Origin: Flavobacteriales bacterium | GTDB taxonomy: Bacteria > Bacteroidota > Bacteroidia > Flavobacteriales_D > Sanyastnellaceae | Reading direction: 5' to 3' | Length of the DNA: 64,000 nt | Assembly: GCA_019694805.1 (NCBI GenBank) | Contig: JAIBBG010000001.1 | Location: 387,412-451,411, forward strand | Shown: positions 29,853 through 38,742 of the stretch, piece after piece | How positions within the stretch are numbered: the first letter of the stretch is position 1 | Layout: each line of letters opens with the position of its first letter | Notes under the pieces: model-generated | What the model was told of the DNA's origin: nothing | The model's database searches: none | What the model saw: the letters and a program-made list of their open reading frames with translations, nothing else | Position numbers and translations under genes: made by a program

Positions 29853-32800
29853 TTAACGAATGACTGTTACGTTGCCTTTCATGCGGTTGTCATCAGTCAC
29901 AATACCCGCTTCATTCTTCACATTGTAAATGATCACGTAAGAATATACACCGGGCTCAACATAATATTCTCCACCTCTGCATTGACCTAACCAAGGTGTA
30001 TCAATATTATTCGTCTCGAAAATAATACTTCCCCAACGATCGTAGATGCGCAATTCATATTTATTCAAACGTGTGCCTTCTGGTTTCCAGAAATCATTGA
30101 TACCATCACCATCCGGTGAAAATGCATTGGGGACAAACAGATATGCCGGACAATCATCCTCAACTGTGATGTCGAAAATACTTTCGCAATGTTCTGCGGT
30201 TGTCACGACTACAAAATAGTCACCTGATTCCTTCACCAACATTTTCTGATCAACACTTCCATCACTCCACAGATAAGAACACCCCTCATTCTGCGCGGTC
30301 AGTACCAATTCTGGTTCAAAATCAAAACAATGTTTAAACTCCTCAGAAAATGGCTTGGCAGGAAGCGGATTCACTTGTACTGTGATTTGGTCTGTAGTCT
30401 GACAATAGCCGTTATCAGCTGTGACAGAATAAACACCAGACTGCGCAACTTCAATAGATGGTGTAGATGCACCATTGCTCCAGATATTGTTTGCACCTCC
30501 ATCAACACCATGCAACGTCACACTTTGACCAGCACAAAATGAAGTATCTGCACCCAATTCGAGTTCAGGATAGGTGAACCCTGTAATGACAATTTCATCT
30601 TCGGAATAGCAACCATCAGGACTTGTAACCTGCACATGATAAACACCTGGTTCAGTTACTTCAATGGATGATGATGTGGATCCATTGTTCCACAGCACAT
30701 CATACTCTTCAGGCCAACCGGTGTCAAGTAACATGATATCGCCTTCGCAAAGACCTGTGTCTTCACCCAAGTCGGTCACTTCATCTTCTTCGGTGACGAT
30801 AATCTCAGCAGAAGAACTACAACCGGCAGCACTCGTTGCAGTAACGGTTAGTGTTCCGGTTTGAATTCCTGAAAGTGTAGTTCCTGACACACTTGCATTG
30901 CTCACCATAACTGCCGGCGTCCAGGTCCAATCCAGATCACCCGCAAAATTTGCAGATGCATTAACCGCTGTACCGCTCACAATACATTCACTTACTTCAG
31001 GAGGTACAACGGTTACAATAAACGTCGGCGTTACGTCAATCGCAATTGTTTCTGATAGTTGACAACCACTATTGTTGTCAGTAACAGTGCAGGTATATGT
31101 CTGGCTGGCGGAAGGAGAAGCAGAAACATTTCCTCCATTGAAATTACTCAAGCCTATCGCTGGGGCCCAGTCGAATGAAAGACCAGACGGATTGCCCGCG
31201 ACAACACCATGCAATATGGTTCCACTTCCTTCGCAAATAGAATCATTATCGGCAGTAATGGTCAAATCCAACAGCGTTCCAACCACGATATCCACATCGC
31301 CTGATGCATTGCAACCTTCTGCAGAAGTCACATCAACGTGATAGGTTGTGGTGTTGAGCGGTGTAACCAATGGGTTGGCAGAGTAAACTCCTGAAATATC
31401 TTGTTGAGGCGTCCATACATAATCATATTCACCAACTACAGAGGGTGTCGCAGACAGCGTCACTCCTTGTGCATCACAAAGTGTCAAGTCGTCAGTCATA
31501 TCCAAAGTAAATGGCTGACCAACTTCTACCCAGACGGAATCCTTGTAAGTGCATCCCATTCCTGCGTCATTCAATTCTACGTAATAAAATGTACTCGTAG
31601 TAGGATTAGCTTGAACTGTTAGTGCTTGCGGATTATCAAGACTTGAAGCTGGTGTCCAGTTTACCGAATATGCAGATGTATTGTTGACACCAACATACAT
31701 GTTGTCCAATACCCAGTTGTCCTGGTTTGCGAGATATGATCCATTTTGTCTCCAACGGAATCTTGTAGCACTCGATAATGCACCAGCAGGAATATCTACC
31801 GTGATTTCAACAAAATCTGGAAATGATGATTCATTGTAGGTAGAAATATTAGTCCATGGACCATTGTTCACAGAGTATGAAAGGACAATGTTGTCGCCAG
31901 GTTCAGCATCATCGCAAGGTGCTGTACCATCTGCAATCTTCAATGAAAAGTTTATCGTTCCACCTGATGATACATCCATAGGAACAGTTACGGCATGCCT
32001 TGGATAAACACCGTTGAAATAAAGTCCATTTCCCTCTTCTGCTCCACATACATCGTCAGCATCACCTCCGAGTATTTCTTCCCAATCACCCCAAGAAATC
32101 TGAGGCTCAAAATCATCAAACCAAAGTCGAGATTCAAAATCAACAACCAAGGATGTTTGTTCGCCACTGCAAATTGCCACTACTTCAGGATCAGCGTTGA
32201 AATGCACAATATTGCCATCATTGACAATGAGAGTAATATCAGATTCAGAAATAGCACATCCTCCAGGTGTTGTTACTTCAACATGATAACTGGTGGTGTG
32301 ATCAGGTTGGACCACTGGATTTGCCACATCCCATTCGTCATCACCGGATGATGAAGTCCAATGATATTCGTAAAATGTTTCTCCACCCGCTACTTCAACT
32401 CCCAATTGCACTTCTTGATGCTGACAAATACTGATGTTACCGGGAAAAACACTGAGTGACATGGGATCAGGAGATTCAACACTGTAGTAAAATGTTTTAG
32501 GGCAACCAGAAATCAATTCGGTACAGTTGACGCCATACACTGCATTCTCAACTGGGCTTGGTGGAATGTACGATGAGGTATTGCTCAGGATTAAATTTTC
32601 GTTGTTTATGTTAAACCATTCAGGCGAAGTATACTCTGCCCCGAGAACAAGAGCATTGCTCACATTAGAACAAAGTACTTCCTCAAATTCTGGAATGACC
32701 TTTTCAAAATAGGAACCAACAGAATAAGCATAGCTTTCATTGGGTCCGTTTCCATAGACATATGCATTGAAACCTGCAGTTCCCGCGGAAATGGTATGAC

Positions 32801-34034
32801 TACCAGGAGCAATTTCCAATGAACACCACACATAATCACCGCATGATGGAAATGAATGGTATTCAACCGAAGGAATAGCACTACCATCCAATGTCAATGA
32901 AGATATTTCATCAGATTTCAAAATGATATTCAGATAATGCGAAGTGATGACATTGGACTCTGCTGTAGAAAACGTAACCTCTTGCATGGTGTTCTCTTTG
33001 TCATCAAGGATCACCATGGAAGGATCTCCATTACCTCCACAGGCAATACCTTCCATGAATTCAATCACGGAAATGGCCTTATTGGATACGATACAATGTG
33101 CTGTGGTTTCATGATTGTATTCTACAAATTGACCTGCGCTGAGATTCACTGCTGAAACGCCGTCAATATTCACCACTGTACCGTTTTCAGATGCGAGAAT
33201 TCTGTATGTGTAATTGGGTTCAGTCACCGGCCACTCGGTGCTCAATTCAAAAACCCACGGTGAAACGAAATATTCATTCCCCCAAAATTTTACCGGAAAA
33301 TTCTGCTCATACAAATGATCACATGCGAAACAATCAGCGGGTACTGTGCTGCATCCTGCTCCGCTAAAAACAGCAAATGGTCTGCAGCTACCACTATTCT
33401 CTGCAGAACGAATGATTGAACCGGTGAGATCACCTGCGCCTGCCGCTTTGAGCTGATAAGCTTGACCAGCATTGAGTTCAATTGAAAATACTGATCCTGC
33501 CGAATTGCCAGAAACGGTATTTACAGATGGAATGATCTCAATCGTTGTAGCGTCAGCTGTCGCTACGATCACACATTCAGATTCGTGATCCATCGTTCCT
33601 GCATATGCGGAAATGATGTACTCAGTACCTAAGACATCGAGCGGAAGAATTTTCGTCGCATCACTTGTGTTTTGCTCGAAGCTGAGAGCATAAACAGAAA
33701 CCGGTTGGTCAGTCATGACATGAATGCCTTTTTCTTCAACCACTTCACTGCTCAGCATTTCCGCAATTGCATTCGGAATATTCACCGAGGTTGTAATCCC
33801 AGGGGCAACAACAAAACTTTGACTCCAACCTTGGCCAGGAATTTCTATGGTTCCAGATGCTGATTCAGAAGAAGAAATGAAAATGGTAAGAGACTCAGAA
33901 CTGCTCGCCTCATTGTTTTTCATAAAGGCCAGCCAAAAATCTGTACCCTGAGTAGACACAGGAGATTGGGCAGGGATAATTACCCCGAAACCCAATGCCA
34001 AAAGGCACAGCGCTGCAATCCTTAGAATACGCAT
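29853..34034 (-). CDS. mosaic surface protein with a T9SS type B (gliding-motility-associated) C-terminal domain
   Basis: Signal peptide, then an N-terminal GTDFWLAFMKN... domain (IgGFc-binding-protein-N-like). Multiple Ig-like modules follow. The C-terminus FVPNAFSPDGDGINDFWKPEG...YDRWGSIIFE...PGVYSYVIIY...GNVTVIR is typical of type B CTDs. Confidence 0.85.
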   Translation of the reverse strand: MRILRIAALCLLALGFGVIIPAQSPVSTQGTDFWLAFMKNNEASSSESLTIFISSSESASGTIEIPGQGWSQSFVVAPGITTSVNIPNAIAEMLSSEVVEEKGIHVMTDQPVSVYALSFEQNTSDATKILPLDVLGTEYIISAYAGTMDHESECVIVATADATTIEIIPSVNTVSGNSAGSVFSIELNAGQAYQLKAAGAGDLTGSIIRSAENSGSCRPFAVFSGAGCSTVPADCFACDHLYEQNFPVKFWGNEYFVSPWVFELSTEWPVTEPNYTYRILASENGTVVNIDGVSAVNLSAGQFVEYNHETTAHCIVSNKAISVIEFMEGIACGGNGDPSMVILDDKENTMQEVTFSTAESNVITSHYLNIILKSDEISSLTLDGSAIPSVEYHSFPSCGDYVWCSLEIAPGSHTISAGTAGFNAYVYGNGPNESYAYSVGSYFEKVIPEFEEVLCSNVSNALVLGAEYTSPEWFNINNENLILSNTSSYIPPSPVENAVYGVNCTELISGCPKTFYYSVESPDPMSLSVFPGNISICQHQEVQLGVEVAGGETFYEYHWTSSSGDDEWDVANPVVQPDHTTSYHVEVTTPGGCAISESDITLIVNDGNIVHFNADPEVVAICSGEQTSLVVDFESRLWFDDFEPQISWGDWEEILGGDADDVCGAEEGNGLYFNGVYPRHAVTVPMDVSSGGTINFSLKIADGTAPCDDAEPGDNIVLSYSVNNGPWTNISTYNESSFPDFVEITVDIPAGALSSATRFRWRQNGSYLANQDNWVLDNMYVGVNNTSAYSVNWTPASSLDNPQALTVQANPTTSTFYYVELNDAGMGCTYKDSVWVEVGQPFTLDMTDDLTLCDAQGVTLSATPSVVGEYDYVWTPQQDISGVYSANPLVTPLNTTTYHVDVTSAEGCNASGDVDIVVGTLLDLTITADNDSICEGSGTILHGVVAGNPSGLSFDWAPAIGLSNFNGGNVSASPSASQTYTCTVTDNNSGCQLSETIAIDVTPTFIVTVVPPEVSECIVSGTAVNASANFAGDLDWTWTPAVMVSNASVSGTTLSGIQTGTLTVTATSAAGCSSSAEIIVTEEDEVTDLGEDTGLCEGDIMLLDTGWPEEYDVLWNNGSTSSSIEVTEPGVYHVQVTSPDGCYSEDEIVITGFTYPELELGADTSFCAGQSVTLHGVDGGANNIWSNGASTPSIEVAQSGVYSVTADNGYCQTTDQITVQVNPLPAKPFSEEFKHCFDFEPELVLTAQNEGCSYLWSDGSVDQKMLVKESGDYFVVVTTAEHCESIFDITVEDDCPAYLFVPNAFSPDGDGINDFWKPEGTRLNKYELRIYDRWGSIIFETNNIDTPWLGQCRGGEYYVEPGVYSYVIIYNVKNEAGIVTDDNRMKGNVTVIR

Positions 34035-34365
34035 CAGCAGAATCGTTTAAAGTAAGTCAGTTAGGACAACAAAGATAATCAAAACCAACAAATAATTTAC
34101 ACTTTTGTCTAAATTATTTTACAATTCATCTACCACATTCCGTCATTCGTCTAAACGCCGGGTGTAAAATCCTAAATATCAGCAACTTGATCCAACAAGA
34201 AGCTCATTCAACTCCATTTTGATTCCAATATGTTGACCATTTTACCCCCCCATGTGTTGCGTAACAGGCAAAATAGCAGTAGAAAATCACCCTATCAGAC
34301 GATGTTTCGGACTTGGTTCTTTTCACCGATACTCAGACTTTTACATGCTCTGTTAGCTTAGCGAA

Positions 34366-37284
34366 ATGTTTCTTCACTTCTTGCACCCGAAGTGCGTCTT
34401 GGTATGCTTCTCCGTTTTCGTGCTGAGCCTGTCTGCCGTGTCCGCAAGGTTGCCATTCAGGCGCTACACCATGCAAGAAGGTTTGCCGGGTAATTCGGCT
34501 TATCACATACTTCAGGACAATCAGGGATATATGTGGTTTAGCACCAGTTCTGGTGTTTCCAGATTCGATGGCAAAACTTTCACCAATTTCGGACTTGAAC
34601 ATGGACTTTCTGACCTTGAGGTATTGAAGCTCTATCAGGATAGGTCCGGTAAAATTTGGTGCCTTTGTCAAAATGGAACGGTCTGCTATTTCGAGAACAA
34701 TAAATTCTACAGCAGCAAACAAATACCAACCCTTAGAGATTTGAGAACCGGATCTGGACTCATTTCTTTTGCCGAGGCTCCCGATGGCACCAAATACTTC
34801 ATCAGCGTCACGGGTGAGTTGAGGATACTTTTCCCAAACATGTCCACCGCATCATTTCAATTTCCTACTCAAACACATTGTTATTTTCAATACCTGAACA
34901 ACCAAGTCCAATTGCTCACTGAGAATGGTGTTTATGAATTTAGTGGGAAGGACTATAGATTGGTCAACTCCTCTTATCCCTATCCAGGAGGAAATGCTTT
35001 TGATAGTCAAATTGATTATGACGGATTCAAATATTATTCGCAAAAAAGTATTGTTCAATTTGGCCTGAATGGTGTTGAAGAATTCGCTTCATTGGACTAC
35101 CCAGTGCTACCCGATGTCCGCAGTTTTTGTGTTGACCAAAAAAATAGGTTGTGGCTCAACACACAAATGAATGGTGTTTACTTATTGAAACCTGATCAGA
35201 CAAAAGGACCTGAATTGGTGTTCAGTTGTGATCATTTGACAAACTATGTATATGAGGACAAAGAGGGATCGATTTGGATAACGACCATGGGATATGGCAT
35301 TATACAAATCACTCCAGCCAATCAAGAGATTGAAATCCTCTTGCCTGATCTATACGAAACGGAGAAATTCCCTGTCACTTCTGTCTTTACAACTCCTGAT
35401 GGTCAAATATGGTGCGGGGGTAAAAAAGGCACCATCTATCGATTTGAAGAAAATGGTTCACAACAATATCAAATTGGGCAGAACACAGAAATCATCATTG
35501 ACCTTACGCTTTTCAAAGAAAGGATCTATGCTGCGGGAATACTCAATACGTATTGCGTTGATCCGAGAACAGGAAAATCAAAGAACCTACAGTATATCAA
35601 TAGTGATGGAACGGTTTCTGACCGTATCAACTTCCGTCGCTTTTCCCAAAATCATAACCACTTGATCGCCGCATCTTATGGTATTTATGAGGTGCATGGT
35701 GAAATGGATCAGCCTACAGTGACAACACTTGCAAAGGCAGAAGCAAAAAGTATCGATGCCGTTTATATGTCTGAGCTAAATGATGTGTTTCTCGCCAGTT
35801 CAGCCATTCTCGGACATTTTGATGGAGTCCGAACAACAATTGATGAAACACTTCAAGATAGTTTGAGAACAAAAATCACAAAAATTCTCAGACTTGATGA
35901 AAACACATTGGTATATGCCACCAACGGAAGTGGTGTATGGCTCGTACAACAAGGCAGGCTCGTGGAACACATCACAGAACAAGATGGCCTTTGCAGCAAC
36001 TATTGTCGTGACATGTCCATAGTTGGAGATACCATTTTTGTTATATCATCTCATGGATTAACCCTGTTTTACCGCAACGAAAATCAATGGAAGTTTCAGT
36101 CACTACATGCACCGGAAGAATTGCCCACCGCTGATTTGAGAAAAATATCAGTTACATCTTCCCATATTTTCATTGCCAGCGATGTAGGCCTTCTCCGAAT
36201 CAAAAGAGATCTACCCGTGCTCGTTCCGAATCCCATTCCTGTAACCACACACATCCAAGGCGTATTCGTAGATGATCATCTCATAGAATCTCTGGTGAAG
36301 CCAGACATCAAGGCAGATTTCACACGAATGAGGTTTTCATTTTCGGGACTCTCCTTTCTCAATCCGCATTTGATACTCCTGGAATATAGAACATCAATGG
36401 ATACCACATGGAATCCTACGACATTTCATTTTGTAGACTTTACCTCTTTTCAATCAGGAGATCAATGGTTCGAAGTGAGAGCCCGGTATTTCAATGGAAG
36501 CTGGGGACCTGCCGCACGCTATGAATTCAAGATCATTCCTGAATGGTACAATCACAGATTCACCAGAATTCTCATGATACTCGTCTCCATAGCACTGATT
36601 TGGTTTGTGGCACGAATTATACATTTAAGAAATCAACGCAAATTAACCATTGCATTGGAACGAAGGGAAGCTATCAATCAGGAACGAAACAGAATTGCAC
36701 GCGACATGCATGATGACCTTGGTGCTGATTTAAGCAATCTTCTGCTGGTCACAAGGATTGGTCTCCAACAAGCCAAAGAATCAGGCAACGACTTCACAGC
36801 ATTCTCAAGGTTAGAACAATTAACGAAAGAATCAGTACAGAAAATCGACAACATCATTTGGGCCTTGAGTTCTGGTAAGGACAATTTGGAAGAATTGGTG
36901 AATTATCTTGAAAAGTACTTCATGCTCTTCAAAAGCAATCTCTCTCTGGAGGGAAATTTCAACGCTACTGGCCACTTCAAAGAATATCCCATGCCGGCTC
37001 ACATTCGCCGAAGTCTATATCTTGTGGTGAAAGAAGTGCTCAACAATTCAGCTAAACATGCACAATGCACAAGGATTGACTTAGATATTTCATTGCACCA
37101 ACACACACTCGAGATCATCATTCAAGACAATGGAATAGGCATGAACCTCGGTGAAGAATCTAATGGCAGGAATGGGATTAAAAATGTGGCAATAAGAATG
37201 GAACAAATCGGTGGAAAATTTCAGATCATATCACAAAATGGTTCCGGTACAAAATCAACCATCACCCTTTTGCTCGAAAAATAA
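34366..37284 (+). CDS. sensor histidine kinase: periplasmic two-component-regulator propeller repeats + Y_Y_Y-like domain + TM + HisKA_3 + HATPase
   Basis: Repeated ...D..G.(I/M)W..T..G(V/L).... propeller blades, the TM helix ILMILVSIALIWFVARII, the H-box RIARDMHDDLGADLS, and N/G boxes (NNSAKHA, DNGIGM). Confidence 0.85.
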   Translation: MFLHFLHPKCVLVCFSVFVLSLSAVSARLPFRRYTMQEGLPGNSAYHILQDNQGYMWFSTSSGVSRFDGKTFTNFGLEHGLSDLEVLKLYQDRSGKIWCLCQNGTVCYFENNKFYSSKQIPTLRDLRTGSGLISFAEAPDGTKYFISVTGELRILFPNMSTASFQFPTQTHCYFQYLNNQVQLLTENGVYEFSGKDYRLVNSSYPYPGGNAFDSQIDYDGFKYYSQKSIVQFGLNGVEEFASLDYPVLPDVRSFCVDQKNRLWLNTQMNGVYLLKPDQTKGPELVFSCDHLTNYVYEDKEGSIWITTMGYGIIQITPANQEIEILLPDLYETEKFPVTSVFTTPDGQIWCGGKKGTIYRFEENGSQQYQIGQNTEIIIDLTLFKERIYAAGILNTYCVDPRTGKSKNLQYINSDGTVSDRINFRRFSQNHNHLIAASYGIYEVHGEMDQPTVTTLAKAEAKSIDAVYMSELNDVFLASSAILGHFDGVRTTIDETLQDSLRTKITKILRLDENTLVYATNGSGVWLVQQGRLVEHITEQDGLCSNYCRDMSIVGDTIFVISSHGLTLFYRNENQWKFQSLHAPEELPTADLRKISVTSSHIFIASDVGLLRIKRDLPVLVPNPIPVTTHIQGVFVDDHLIESLVKPDIKADFTRMRFSFSGLSFLNPHLILLEYRTSMDTTWNPTTFHFVDFTSFQSGDQWFEVRARYFNGSWGPAARYEFKIIPEWYNHRFTRILMILVSIALIWFVARIIHLRNQRKLTIALERREAINQERNRIARDMHDDLGADLSNLLLVTRIGLQQAKESGNDFTAFSRLEQLTKESVQKIDNIIWALSSGKDNLEELVNYLEKYFMLFKSNLSLEGNFNATGHFKEYPMPAHIRRSLYLVVKEVLNNSAKHAQCTRIDLDISLHQHTLEIIIQDNGIGMNLGEESNGRNGIKNVAIRMEQIGGKFQIISQNGSGTKSTITLLLEK

Positions 37285-37357
37285 TCATCCTTTTATGCGA
37301 TAATTTTTCTTGTGCACCAACACAATATTGTAAATTGAAACTGTTAACACTTTACCC

Positions 37358-37990
37358 ATGGACAGGATTAAAATAGTTCTGATAGAAGACCACGATGAAT
37401 ACAGAAACAGCATGAACTTCTTGCTGAATTCTAATCCTGACATGTTCTGTACTGCCTATTCCCATGGCAAAACAGCCATAGAGTATATACAAAGTTCAGC
37501 ACCCGATGTTGTAATCATGGACATCAATTTACCCGAGTGGTCAGGTATTGAATGTACCCGCAAAATAAAGCAGTTGAACCCGAATATTCAGGTGATTATG
37601 TGTACGGTATATGAAGACGATGAAAAGATTTTCGACGCATTAAAATCTGGGGCCAATGGATATATGCTCAAACGTGCGCCTATATCAGAAATCTTCGATG
37701 CCATCCATCAGGTCCTGAATGGTGGGTCTCCAATGAGTCCTGCAATAGCCAGAAAAGTGGTTGCATCATTTCAGCAACCACAACATGTAGCTGCAGAAAT
37801 TTCGTTGCTTTCCATGCGTGAAAATGAAATTTTAGAATTGCTTGCACAAGGATTACGCATTAAAGAAATTGCAGATAAATTGTTTGTGAGTGTCAATACC
37901 ATTCGCACACACATCAGACATATTTACGAAAAATTACAGGTCCAGTCACGCGTCGAAGCTTTGAATAAAACAGGAAAAGCAAAATTCTAG
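37358..37990 (+). CDS. response regulator, NarL/LuxR family (REC + HTH_LuxR)
   Basis: The phospho-acceptor context (PDVVIMDINLP) and a C-terminal LSMRENEILELLAQGLRIKEIADKLFVSVNTIRTHIRHIYEKL HTH. Confidence 0.9.
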   Translation: MDRIKIVLIEDHDEYRNSMNFLLNSNPDMFCTAYSHGKTAIEYIQSSAPDVVIMDINLPEWSGIECTRKIKQLNPNIQVIMCTVYEDDEKIFDALKSGANGYMLKRAPISEIFDAIHQVLNGGSPMSPAIARKVVASFQQPQHVAAEISLLSMRENEILELLAQGLRIKEIADKLFVSVNTIRTHIRHIYEKLQVQSRVEALNKTGKAKF

Positions 37991-38150
37991 ACGCATCCCC
38001 ATCATCATACAAAAAGACGATCGTCAATTACGCGTTTTGGATGACGATTTCACCCTACTGAAAAATTCAACTTTGCGATGCAACAACACAAAGTGGTTGC
38101 TGGGCTAAGCCGAAAACCAATTTCAGAGTAGGCATTTATTTTTTATTACT

Positions 38151-38675
38151 ATGAGAACTTATTCATTAAAAAGTGGGCTTGTATTATTTGCCCTAACATT
38201 ATTTTCTGTCTTCTACTACAGTTGCACCAAAGAAAAAATCACAGAAGAAATCAGTAATCCGCAACAAACTGAACAGGAGAACTTCGAGAAAGTTGCAACC
38301 GCGCCTTTTATCACAACTTCCCCAAAATTAGGCGGAAAAACTTTTCTTTTTCAGCGCATCAGCGAGTGTAATGCTTACACAAATTTGGTTACCACATCCA
38401 ATGGAACAATTTTCTACTCTTCTACCCAAATGGGTGTTGAAGATATCAATTTTCAAAACTTTAATTTCAACCTTGGAGAATGGGTCTTTGTTACACCGCC
38501 TGTCACAAGCGGTACTCAACCTCCGGTTAACAAGGTTTTGAAATTCCGTTATACTTCCACCAGTTTCAATAAGAACGTAACATTCTCCTTCAACCGCAAC
38601 ACCGGTCTGTGGACAATACCCACATCGAATGGTACATGGGAAGCAACACAAGTCAATCCAAGCGCACCCTGTTAA
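38151..38675 (+). CDS. hypothetical lipoprotein
   Basis: Signal peptide with Cys (LFSVFYYSC), then 174 aa that are beta-rich and T/N-rich. I recognise no motif. Confidence 0.55.
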   Translation: MRTYSLKSGLVLFALTLFSVFYYSCTKEKITEEISNPQQTEQENFEKVATAPFITTSPKLGGKTFLFQRISECNAYTNLVTTSNGTIFYSSTQMGVEDINFQNFNFNLGEWVFVTPPVTSGTQPPVNKVLKFRYTSTSFNKNVTFSFNRNTGLWTIPTSNGTWEATQVNPSAPC

Positions 38676-38687
38676 ACCCAATCCAAC

Positions 38688-38729
38688 ATTCATAATTCAT
38701 AATTCATAATTCTTAATTCATAATTCTTA
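38688..38729 (+). repeat. heptanucleotide tandem repeat (ATTCATA x4 and ATTCTTA x2, six units)
   Basis: Read directly: attcata attcata attcata attctta attcata attctta. It lies in the 67-nt gap between the lipoprotein and PKD genes, 14 nt before the ATG at 38743. Confidence 0.9.
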
Positions 38730-38742
38730 ACTCCTCCCCACC

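Noticed and set aside
34333-34722. 129-aa minus-strand ORF overlapping the sensor kinase start
   Set aside because: It overlaps the signal-anchor and first propeller blade of a well-supported gene and has no motifs.
38688-38729. Possibility that the short repeats are a CRISPR array
   Set aside because: The units are 7 nt, contiguous and without spacers, and there are no cas genes. It is a microsatellite, not a CRISPR array.
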